DNA of 22,155 nt from Pseudobdellovibrionaceae bacterium (GCA_044359815.1 JBIKLL010000042.1:1-22155), one strand, 5' to 3'. Numbered from the stretch's first letter, positions 1 through 8,002 are shown. Numbers and translations are program-made. The notes: a model not told the origin generated them from the sequence alone.

Positions 1-2
1 AA

Positions 3-1733
3 CCCAAGGTCAATCGCTTAGCGATGGTTTCAGAAATGCTGATTGATTTTAATGGGGTGTTAACCAGCAAAACATTTTATGAAGCCGTGATTGAAAGCAA
101 AGCCCGGGTGACCTATGGCGAAGCACAAGAAATCATTGATGGTCAGACCATCGAAAAACTGGCTCACGTGCAGGCTGATATTTTGCGCGCAAAAGATTTA
201 GCAAAAATTTTGATGGCAAAACGGTTTCGCGATGGCTCGCTGGATCTGGACATCCCCGAGGTGCAAATCCTATTGGATGGCCAGGGTAATCCTACGGATT
301 TAATCAGATCCGAACGATTGTTCGCACACAGGTTGATCGAAGAGCTGATGTTGGCTGCCAACATATCTGTGGCAGAATTTTTTCAAGAAAAAGATCTGCC
401 CGGTGTTTATCGTATCCACGAACCGCCCAATCCTGATGCGATTATGATGCTGGAAAGATATTTGTGGAATTTTGGATCAAAAACTCCGCTGGGTCAGGGC
501 TTGTTGCAAAAACGACTGACCAAGGTTTTGCAAGAATTCGAAAACACTCCGCACGCGCAGATTTTAAATATTTTAACTTTGCGATCCATGAGCCAGGCAA
601 AATATTCGGCCAACAATGTGGGGCATTTTGGTTTGGGGTTTGCCAATTATTCGCATTTTACCTCGCCCATTCGAAGGTACCCTGATTTGATTGCCCACAG
701 GATTTTGAAAAGCCAACTGTATCCCAATCGGTATGGCCGATTAGAGGAAGACGATTTGCAAACAGCCTGCACATTGCTGTCGGCCTGCGAACAAAGGGCA
801 GTAAAATCAGAACGGCAATTTGTATCGATTAAAAAAGCCCGCTTTATGCAAAAACATGTGGGCGAAGAATTTGATGGAGTTATTAGCTCTGTCGTAAAGT
901 TTGGTGTTTTTGTGTTGCTGCGACAGTTTGAGGTCGATGGTTTGGTGCGATTGGAACAATTGGCACAGGAACGTTTAGAATATGATGATGAACATCTGCT
1001 GTTGCGTGGTCGCAGATCAGGCGTAACCTACAGGATTGGTGACATTGTTAAAATCAAAGTCGCTGACGTTAACATCCAAGACGGCAAGATTGATTTTGAA
1101 TTTGTAGAAAAAATTGAAGACGCCATCACTGTCGAAGATGCCCTGAAAAATTTTGCTGATATGCCAGCGCATTTAAAGAGCTTCGGTCAGAAGCAAAAAT
1201 CTGAACGCGAATCAAAAGGTGGTTTTGGCAATCGAAATCAAAAGGGTAATTCCAGAAATCAAAAAAACCGCAACAACCGCGGCGGCAAAAACAAAAGCTT
1301 TAGCGGCCAAAAGGCCAAGGGCTCTGACGACAACAGTTTTAGAGGTTTCGGTAAACAAAAAGCCAAAGACTCTGATAACAACAATTTCAGAGGCAATAAT
1401 AAAAATCAAAAAAGCTTTAAGGGTAAATCCAAACACCAGTCATCCAACAACAATCAACGTGACCAGGACAATAACCCCTATCGTCGCAATGATTCAAAAA
1501 ACCAAAATCGTGTTTCGGGTTTCAGAACCGATTCAAAATCTGCCGGTCGATCACCACAAAAATCCAATGAGATCATTGAATTTGAAAAACCAGGCCAATC
1601 GAATTCTGAAAAACCTATTAAGCTGACGTTTGAAAAGCCTCATAAACTTACCTTTGAAAAACCAGATAAAGCCGGCCGAAGTAAGTTCAAAAAAAGGGGC
1701 GGAGTCAAAGCCCTATTTAAACGGAAAAAGTGA
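3..1733 (+). CDS. rnr: Ribonuclease R (RNB domain + S1 domain + long basic C-terminal tail); 5' end lies before the window
   Basis: RNB motifs AHRLIEELMLAAN, YRIHEPP, GHFGL, YSHFTSPIRRYPDLIAHR; S1 domain GEEFDGVISSVVKFGVFV; frame is open from base 3. Confidence 0.96.
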   Translation, partial: PKVNRLAMVSEMLIDFNGVLTSKTFYEAVIESKARVTYGEAQEIIDGQTIEKLAHVQADILRAKDLAKILMAKRFRDGSLDLDIPEVQILLDGQGNPTDLIRSERLFAHRLIEELMLAANISVAEFFQEKDLPGVYRIHEPPNPDAIMMLERYLWNFGSKTPLGQGLLQKRLTKVLQEFENTPHAQILNILTLRSMSQAKYSANNVGHFGLGFANYSHFTSPIRRYPDLIAHRILKSQLYPNRYGRLEEDDLQTACTLLSACEQRAVKSERQFVSIKKARFMQKHVGEEFDGVISSVVKFGVFVLLRQFEVDGLVRLEQLAQERLEYDDEHLLLRGRRSGVTYRIGDIVKIKVADVNIQDGKIDFEFVEKIEDAITVEDALKNFADMPAHLKSFGQKQKSERESKGGFGNRNQKGNSRNQKNRNNRGGKNKSFSGQKAKGSDDNSFRGFGKQKAKDSDNNNFRGNNKNQKSFKGKSKHQSSNNNQRDQDNNPYRRNDSKNQNRVSGFRTDSKSAGRSPQKSNEIIEFEKPGQSNSEKPIKLTFEKPHKLTFEKPDKAGRSKFKKRGGVKALFKRKK

Positions 1734-3119
1734 TTTAAATTTAGAATAAATTGATGGATACAAAAATCCATTTAGCTGCTGCCATTTGCTGTTGTAAACC
1801 GTGTCAGCAGGAAACATTTGTTTAAATATCGCAATGGCTTTTGTGTTTTGGACGTTGTCTGCTAATGCCAGCTCACCCCACATAGTGGCATCCATTTCAG
1901 GTGAATGACGTAACAATCCAATCAATCGCTTGATGCGTTTGTCCTGAACATATTCAGAAATATTTTTATTTTGTAAAAGTCCTAAATGCATTTCACCCAT
2001 TTCTGCCAGGACAGCGTTCAGTGGAGCTTGAGAACGTTGATGGTGCCAAAATTCACCAAAGGTCAGGCCGTCTGCAGACAAACCCCCTGTGGGTCGAAAT
2101 AAATCCCACCAGATTTTACGAAGGATTTTGATTTCTCGTCTGAATTGTTCAGCATGAGATTGATCCAATTCGAAATCGCTGATTTCCCTGCGAATCAATT
2201 TCGATATCAGTGGCAGTTGCGAAAGCAAATCTGAATATCTGGGGCTCACCAACCATGATGATTCCGACAAATAAAACATGCCGAGGTCTTTTTTGTCTCT
2301 GTATTCAAATTTTTTAAAAAATGCTTCACGTTCTGATGGTGGCAGACTTGCGCCCCTGGCAAATGTTTTTTCGGCTGCCAACTGCATGGTTTTTAAAAAC
2401 TGAGGATTAACCATGCTGGCGTGCAGATGAGCCAGATCGTGCAGAAAATCAGTGGTGATCGCGTGGCCATAGGGATATTTTTTGCGGACGTTCCCAACTG
2501 TGCCAACAGATCCAATTATAAATTCACCTTTGCTCATATTATAAAAATAGTCCACGTTGCTATCGAGCGAATCCAAATCCAAAACTAGGGGTTTGCGTTT
2601 AAGACCACCAGCTGCAAAGGGTGTTAGGATTTCGGTGGCATCAACGTCTGAACCCATAACGTCGACTTTTAAATGCATTTTAAATTTTAGATTTATTTTT
2701 AAATTGGGATTGGCTTTGTTAAAAGCTTCGACCTGATCCATAAGGCGTTCAAACAAGACGATGAAATCTGGGAACTCGATGGGCTGATCCTGGCTGATCT
2801 TTACTCCTAAAGTTTCAAGAAACTTAAAAAAACCGTGATTGTATTTGGTTTCATTAGCAATCAGATATTTATTGAGTGGATTTTTAAAGTCTTTCACATG
2901 GTAGTCACGATATTGATCCGCAATGGTCCGCCAAAATGCTTTGGCTTCTGGGTGCAATCGATCAAACCTGTGGGTTTGCATTGATACTGTGGGTTTGGCG
3001 TTGGGATTAAACGCGTCTTCGCAAGCGCTTTGCGCCCATGACAAATTTGGGCCAACAGCTGTCAAAGCCATAGCTAATATTGTCGCTTTTATGCGTTTAA
3101 TGATTCCGTTAAGTCTCAT
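1713..3119 (-). CDS. Secreted hypothetical protein (~468 aa)
   Basis: Long ORF; ATG at 3119 gives a signal-peptide-like N-terminus (KRIKATILAMALTAVGPNLSWA|QSACEDAF); HDLAH motif; 3' end overlaps the rnr 3' end by 21 bp. Start choice is inferred. Confidence 0.75.
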   Translation of the reverse strand: MRLNGIIKRIKATILAMALTAVGPNLSWAQSACEDAFNPNAKPTVSMQTHRFDRLHPEAKAFWRTIADQYRDYHVKDFKNPLNKYLIANETKYNHGFFKFLETLGVKISQDQPIEFPDFIVLFERLMDQVEAFNKANPNLKINLKFKMHLKVDVMGSDVDATEILTPFAAGGLKRKPLVLDLDSLDSNVDYFYNMSKGEFIIGSVGTVGNVRKKYPYGHAITTDFLHDLAHLHASMVNPQFLKTMQLAAEKTFARGASLPPSEREAFFKKFEYRDKKDLGMFYLSESSWLVSPRYSDLLSQLPLISKLIRREISDFELDQSHAEQFRREIKILRKIWWDLFRPTGGLSADGLTFGEFWHHQRSQAPLNAVLAEMGEMHLGLLQNKNISEYVQDKRIKRLIGLLRHSPEMDATMWGELALADNVQNTKAIAIFKQMFPADTVYNSKWQQLNGFLYPSIYSKFKSLFPFK

Positions 3120-3324
3120 ACAGGTAGATATATCAATATCTGTGCTAGGGGTTGGGTGTTCCACCAACAAAAATAAACTCAAACGGATAGGAAATTTAAA
3201 GCCCTTCCTTATGCTGTTTCCAATACCAATATATGACAATAAATTGAATCACTGAAAATCGCACCGGATGGGGCCTATGATTAAGCCCTTATACAAATCA
3301 AACAGTTAGCACTATTAATACCGC

Positions 3325-3353
3325 TGGACATTGTATATACATGTATATACAAT
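3325..3353 (+). promoter_or_regulatory. Sigma70-like promoter overlapped by a perfect 24-bp palindromic operator
   Basis: TGGACA(3325-30)-N17-TACAAT(3348-53); ATTGTATATACATGTATATACAAT at 3330-3353 equals its own reverse complement; ATG 5 nt after the -10 box with no SD. Confidence 0.7.
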
Positions 3354-3358
3354 AAATT

Positions 3359-3829
3359 ATGTTTGTTTTAAAAGTTTGCAAATCATTTTCAGATAATGAC
3401 GTAGAATTTGCCATTGTGGGTGGGTGGGCGGTGGCGTTGCATGGGGCAGTCAGGGGAACTATTGATTTAGATCTGGTGCTGTCTTTGAGCGAACGCAACT
3501 TGCGACAAGCGCAAAAGGCCTTAAATGATATTGGCTTGGTTAGCAAAATACCTGTAACGAGCGATGATATTTTCAGATTCCGCAAAGAATACATCACAAA
3601 AAAAAATCTGATAGCTTGGAGTTTCTATAGCCCCAAGGATCCTTCTGAAGTCGTTGACCTAATAATTACCTATGACAAAAAAAACATTCCCATTAAATGG
3701 AAAAGCATTGGCGGGATCAAAGTTCCGGTATTGGCTAAAACGGAACTGATAAAAATGAAAAAGCAATCCGCCCGCGAACAGGATTTAGAGGACATTAAGG
3801 CGCTGGAGGCGATTGATGAAAAAGACTAA
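3359..3829 (+). CDS. Pol-beta superfamily nucleotidyltransferase (DUF6036/AbiEii-like), putative TA component
   Basis: IVGGWAVALHG...RGTIDLDL (GG/DxD) and C-terminal K...R.QD.EDI motifs. Confidence 0.8.
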   Translation: MFVLKVCKSFSDNDVEFAIVGGWAVALHGAVRGTIDLDLVLSLSERNLRQAQKALNDIGLVSKIPVTSDDIFRFRKEYITKKNLIAWSFYSPKDPSEVVDLIITYDKKNIPIKWKSIGGIKVPVLAKTELIKMKKQSAREQDLEDIKALEAIDEKD

Positions 3830-4052
3830 ACAGTTTCACACCAGGGGTGACAGATTAACCAGTGATCAGATAGCCAGGTTTTTAGAGGATTTCCGAAAAA
3901 CTGCTGCGGGCGTAGATCAAAAAACAGTGGCCATCAGCATTCGCATACCGAAAAATATCCTGAACGCGGTCAAAGCCCACGCCAAACAAAAAAACACCAA
4001 ATACCAACCCCTGATCATCCAATGGATCCGCGACGGGATTTTGAAGGACTGA
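3816..4052 (+). CDS. CopG/BrnA-like ribbon-helix-helix protein, putative antitoxin/repressor
   Basis: TVAISIRIPKNILNAVKAHAKQKNTKYQPLI is an RHH pattern with the YQ typical of BrnA/CopG antitoxins; GGAGG at 3805-3809 before ATG 3816; overlaps the upstream gene. Confidence 0.78.
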   Translation: MKKTKQFHTRGDRLTSDQIARFLEDFRKTAAGVDQKTVAISIRIPKNILNAVKAHAKQKNTKYQPLIIQWIRDGILKD

Positions 4053-4145
4053 GGATTTTATTAAAGACTTTGTCTTTAGGATAACGAATAATTGATTGTG
4101 CTGCTGTAAAACAAAACATCTAAAACCATTCGCAGGGAGCAAGCG

Positions 4146-4520
4146 TTGATTCAAACTTTAGCTGATATCCAAGTTCTGTTTGTCTGTGGCATGCACATTT
4201 TTTTTATGATTCTGGAAATGTTTCTGTGGCAAAAACCACTTGGATTAAGAATCTTTAGAAATACAGCAGAAAAAGCCCGATTGAGCTCAGCCTTAGCTGC
4301 AAATCAGGGTCTGTACAATGGCTTTTTAGCTGCCGGCTTGATCTGGGGAATGGTAAATCCCAATCCTGACTTTGCGGTTCAAGTAAAAATGTTTTTCCTA
4401 GGCTGCATAACCATCGCTGGAATCTATGGCGGCTACTCAGTGAACAAACGGATATTTTATATCCAATCTTTACCCGCAGTGTTGGCGATGTATCTAATCT
4501 ACGTTTCCAATTTTCAGTGA
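4146..4520 (+). CDS. DUF1304 family membrane protein
   Basis: Motifs H..F..LEMFLW, LAANQGLYNGFLAAGL, AGIYGG, IFYIQ.LP; TTG start with GGGAG upstream. Confidence 0.9.
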   Translation: MIQTLADIQVLFVCGMHIFFMILEMFLWQKPLGLRIFRNTAEKARLSSALAANQGLYNGFLAAGLIWGMVNPNPDFAVQVKMFFLGCITIAGIYGGYSVNKRIFYIQSLPAVLAMYLIYVSNFQ

Positions 4521-4546
4521 TTCAGGATTGATAAGAATGGTTCGGG

Positions 4547-4644
4547 ATTGATCGGGTCGTCTGTGTTACCGAAAGCGATTTTTCAGAGAATCATAATTGA
4601 TCGTGTCATCTATGTGACCCACAATAAATTCTCAGCGAATCAGA
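4547..4644. repeat. Degenerate 49-bp tandem duplication
   Basis: 4547-4595 vs 4596-4644 align without gaps at 36/49 by manual count. Confidence 0.6.
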
Positions 4645-4756
4645 AAATCTCATAATAGATTAAGAGGTTTTAATCGAATCTAAAGCATACCATATTGCAC
4701 ATTTTAAAGAGCTGCGAACACCTTTGGATCTCTCCCGGATTCACATAGGCCGCATG

Positions 4757-4787
4757 GCGATACCGCTGCGGTGCTGGTAGGCGGCTT
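4757..4787. repeat. 31-bp direct repeat, copy 1 (downstream of HNH gene)
   Basis: GCGATACCGCTGCGGTGCTGGTagGCGGCTT; 29/31 identical to 5108-5138; palindromic core ACCGC-T-GCGGT. Confidence 0.85.
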
Positions 4788-4877
4788 TGATGGATTTTTT
4801 CTGTGCGTAGTAGATCTGGTGAAAAGACAGAATTCATTTTCTATAGATTTACCAAATTACGAATTAAAAAAACAAAT

Positions 4878-5843
4878 TCAACGACTGCCTTTCCATAAAT
4901 TATGAGCCGAGCAAAGGAGCTGCAGATTGGTTGGATGATTGCTGCCCATTTTGGAAATCGGTTTGATGTGATCAATGTGCAAAAATCGTTTTTGATTGCA
5001 CCGACGATTTGTCGCTTGATCAACAAATTCACATTGGTGTTGCGCCCGCATCCAAATCTGTCGTTTGTCATGGATGGAAATATATTTTCGTTGGTTTAGG
5101 TCACACTGCGATACCGCTGCGGTGCTGGTGTGCGGCTTGGGGTTATGGGTTGGAGAATTTTTATTGGTTAAACCCTTTTGCTTTTTTAACTGCGCCAATG
5201 TTTTTTCAATCATCAAATCAAAAATGCGTTCCAAATCATGGGGCAAACCCGACAGCTGTTCGATTTCGATCAAAGCCTGATAGGATTTTTTTGATACCGC
5301 AACCTGCAGTAAATGTTTTTCGGCAGACAAAACCCTTTCTTGTTTTTTGGGTGCAGATTGGGGATTTATTTCGGCCAATAAAACCTCGGCCTGACGTTGG
5401 GATTTATTTTCGAGCTTCAAAAGAATTTCTTTTTTTGCGGTCGCCGCCATTTTTTGACCGCATTGTTTTTCGATTTGTTTGATGTTCGATTGGGTCCTGG
5501 CCAAGTTTGACAATGTTAAAGCCCCGGTTTCGATTTTGGCAGCCAGCTCCGGTAAATCCTTCAGCAATCGCATGGATTGAATCCTTCGGTAGGCCGATGA
5601 TTCAGAATATTTAAGCTCGCCGACACAATAATCGATTAAGCTGCCATACCCGAATTCACAATACAGACGACGGGCTTCCACCTCCCGCAAATGCCACAGG
5701 ATTTCCAGTGTGATATTGCGCTCCCTTTCGGCAAGGGATTTTAGTTTGTGATGCAAATCTTCGTTTGAAATTGATGTAAGATTTTTGGTTGATCGATTTA
5801 TATGAGCTTTTTTGTTTTCTGTCCTTAGTTTGATTTGGTTCAT
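4878..5843 (-). CDS. HNH endonuclease with N-terminal helical (DUF222-like/HTH) domain, ~321 aa
   Basis: C-terminal QCEFVD...RC...LHIDHIKP...GSN...NLQLLCSAHN; N-terminal LREVEARRLY...GYGSL.DYC..EL.YSE.SAYRRI; AAGGA SD before ATG at 5843 (the 6008 start is less likely). Confidence 0.9.
   Translation of the reverse strand: MNQIKLRTENKKAHINRSTKNLTSISNEDLHHKLKSLAERERNITLEILWHLREVEARRLYCEFGYGSLIDYCVGELKYSESSAYRRIQSMRLLKDLPELAAKIETGALTLSNLARTQSNIKQIEKQCGQKMAATAKKEILLKLENKSQRQAEVLLAEINPQSAPKKQERVLSAEKHLLQVAVSKKSYQALIEIEQLSGLPHDLERIFDLMIEKTLAQLKKQKGLTNKNSPTHNPKPHTSTAAVSQCDLNQRKYISIHDKRQIWMRAQHQCEFVDQATNRRCNQKRFLHIDHIKPISKMGSNHPTNLQLLCSAHNLWKGSR
5108..5138. repeat. 31-bp direct repeat, copy 2 (inside the HNH gene linker, encodes KPHTSTAAVS)
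   Basis: GCGATACCGCTGCGGTGCTGGTgtGCGGCTT. Confidence 0.85.
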
Positions 5844-6219
5844 AGGAGTCCTTTCGAAGTTTATTGATTTTGTAACATGGGTTTTAATACCAAGGCTTTT
5901 GAGTGGGCTCGGGTGCTTTTGGCATACAGTTTTATTTGCGCGTAATCGCCCTCCATTGCGAGAATTTTGGTTTTTAGTTTTGGAAAACAAAAACTCAGAA
6001 TTAACCAATGTTAACGGGGATTAGATGACCGAAAATTCGGTCAAGAAAAAATAATTATTTTTGAACATGCATCGAATTGTCCGGACAGATTTGTTGCAGG
6101 TTTAATTAAAAATCGATGGGATGTTTGAAGATCGGATAGCGGTCACAATTTCTTTAAAACCTAAATATATAAACTCTGGATTTTTTTCCATAGCGTGGGA
6201 CGGATTAGTTCAAACCCGA

Positions 6220-6990
6220 TTAAACAAACAGATTTTGTATTTTACCCCACAGAGTGGGACTGATTAAATCGGCGCCGACCAAATATATGACGTGATGACC
6301 CTTGCCCTTACCCTTTTTTGCATCAACAGGTAATGCACCTGTACCACCAAACTCATGCAGCCATTTGTCCCTAAGGGACAAAGAGTTTGAAACAAACATA
6401 TGCTTGGCAGATTCTAAATCTTTTTTATCATAACCAGAAAGCTCAAACGGGCTCATCACCAAAACACTGGGATCACTGGAAACCTTGTCCATCTGCTGAA
6501 AGCCAACCTCAATCACATGTTGGTATTTTTGCCTGCCTGGTGATTTAACCGTAAATATCAGATCTAAATTTCCGCTGATAAAATTCGAATCCAGTTCTGC
6601 AAAATCCAAAACATCTAAATAAACCGATTTCATACCCAGGTTTTCAAAACACTGTTTTGCAAACTGCATGGCTATGTGTGAAAGCCCCTCCAGGGTACCA
6701 ATGTGAAGCTGAGTGATTTCACGCGCAGTTGCCAAGGTCAAAATATCAGATTGCAGTCGGGTCATGCCCTTTGAAAATATCAAAGCAAGCTCATTGGCAA
6801 TTGGTGTCCATCCCGATTTGCGACGGGCACTGCGATCCAGTAAAATCACATTGAGTTCTGATTCAATTTTGGCAATCAATCGCGAAATCTGCGGTTGGCT
6901 AAGCCCCACATGAACGGCTGCCGCTGACAGATTTTTATGCTGAACGGCCTTAGCTAAAACTGATAATTCATAAGCCAGATTCTGAATCAT
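6220..6990 (-). CDS. LysR-family transcriptional regulator
   Basis: N-terminal HTH NLSAAAVHVGLSQPQISRLIAKIESELNVILLDR; shortened effector domain (256 aa total). Confidence 0.92.
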   Translation of the reverse strand: MIQNLAYELSVLAKAVQHKNLSAAAVHVGLSQPQISRLIAKIESELNVILLDRSARRKSGWTPIANELALIFSKGMTRLQSDILTLATAREITQLHIGTLEGLSHIAMQFAKQCFENLGMKSVYLDVLDFAELDSNFISGNLDLIFTVKSPGRQKYQHVIEVGFQQMDKVSSDPSVLVMSPFELSGYDKKDLESAKHMFVSNSLSLRDKWLHEFGGTGALPVDAKKGKGKGHHVIYLVGADLISPTLWGKIQNLFV

Positions 6991-7087
6991 GGTAGCTGAC
7001 TATCGTGATAAAAATTCTTTGTCCCTGAAAAACTTTTGGCTTTCGCGGCGAGTTGCAAGATTGCTGGCTTTCCCGCCAGCCTTAAGA

Positions 7088-7116
7088 TTGCTTCCAAGGA
7101 TACTAATTGTTATCCT
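7088..7116 (+). promoter_or_regulatory. Putative sigma70 promoter of the HEPN-MNT pair with overlapping inverted repeat
   Basis: TTGCTT-N17-TATCCT with TG extended -10; AGGATA(7097-7102)-N8-TATCCT(7111-7116) inverted repeat. Confidence 0.45.
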
Positions 7117-7154
7117 GCCCAAGGATTTTTAACTCTGATTGAAGGATTCAAATT

Positions 7155-7571
7155 TTGACTAAGCCAAAAAATCAAAGCGACAGTTTTGTCATAGAATCTG
7201 GTATCGAGATAGGGCCATTACTGGAAGCCTATTCACAGTTTCACGAAGCCTTACAGGTCGCAAAAACCGATCTGGAAAAAGCCGGCACTATTCAGTATTT
7301 TGAATTCACCTATGAACTGGCCTGGAAAACTTTAAAAAGAGTTTTGGCTGAAAGGGGTAGACTGTTAAACAGCCCCAAACCAGTTTTTAGGGAAGCTGCT
7401 CTGGAAAAACTGATCGATGATCCCGAACTGTGGTTTAATTTTACCAAAGACCGCAACGACACAGTTCACACATATAATAAATTGATAGCTAACAATATAT
7501 TTAAAGATCTGCATTTATTTGATTCAGAAATGGCTCGCTTAATCGACAAACTGAAAAAACTTAAAAAATGA
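7155..7571 (+). CDS. HEPN-domain protein (HI0074-like nucleotidyltransferase substrate-binding family), putative RNase toxin
   Basis: GTIQYFEFTYELAWKTLKR and Rx4H motif RNDTVHTY; TTG start with GAAGGA SD. Confidence 0.9.
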   Translation: MTKPKNQSDSFVIESGIEIGPLLEAYSQFHEALQVAKTDLEKAGTIQYFEFTYELAWKTLKRVLAERGRLLNSPKPVFREAALEKLIDDPELWFNFTKDRNDTVHTYNKLIANNIFKDLHLFDSEMARLIDKLKKLKK

Positions 7572-7855
7572 AACTTCAGATCGAAGACAAACATTTGCAA
7601 ATTATTAAATCCATACTAAACGACCACCAGGTCGACGCCTACGTCTTTGGCTCAAGAGCGAAAATGCAGGCAAAAAAGTTCTCGGATCTGGATTTGTGTT
7701 TAATGGATCAATATGACAAGACAACAATCCGAAAAGTTCAAGACTCATTTGAAGAATCCGATTTGCCTTTTAAGGTAGATATAGTCTGTTGGGGCGAAAT
7801 TGATGACAATTTCAAAGCCAAAATAAAAACCGATTTGATCAAGTTTGAATTATGA
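7568..7855 (+). CDS. Minimal nucleotidyltransferase (MNT), putative antitoxin
   Basis: YVFGSRA...SDLDL (GSx10DxD) and LPFKVDIV; 4-bp overlap with the HEPN gene. Confidence 0.92.
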   Translation: MKLQIEDKHLQIIKSILNDHQVDAYVFGSRAKMQAKKFSDLDLCLMDQYDKTTIRKVQDSFEESDLPFKVDIVCWGEIDDNFKAKIKTDLIKFEL

Positions 7856-7897
7856 GAATTAATCAAAACCATCTCTAATGATATGAAGGCAATATAG

Positions 7898-7941
7898 AAA
7901 ACAAAAACCACCGCCGCACCCTGGGGACTAACAGGGGCGGT
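7898..7941 (-). terminator. Intrinsic terminator downstream of the first flagellin gene
   Basis: ACCGCC/GGCGGT plus CCTG/CAGG stems (4-nt bulge), preceded on + by AAAACAAAAA (U-tract on the - strand). Confidence 0.6.
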
Positions 7942-8002
7942 CAGTAAATTTTTAATTTTGGTGGCTCGACAGCATTAACCCAAAAACTCTTGCTCGACTA
8001 AA

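Noticed and set aside
1219..1626. 135-aa alternative-frame ORF rich in T/K/A
   Set aside because: Shadow of the A-rich low-complexity RNase R tail.
3318..3326. ATACCGCTG match to the HNH-associated repeat (also inside fliC near 8059)
   Set aside because: 9-mer covering only half of the palindrome; compatible with chance.
4757..5138. DGR template/variable repeat pair or CRISPR-like repeat
   Set aside because: Only 31 bp, two copies, mismatches not adenine-specific, no reverse transcriptase in the window.
5844..6008. Extended N-terminus of the HNH ORF
   Set aside because: ATG 5843 has an AAGGA SD and lies just before the recognisable domain; the extension looks non-coding.
3359..7855. Integron cassette array or prophage
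   Set aside because: Mixed gene orientations, no recurring attC structure, no integrase or phage genes.
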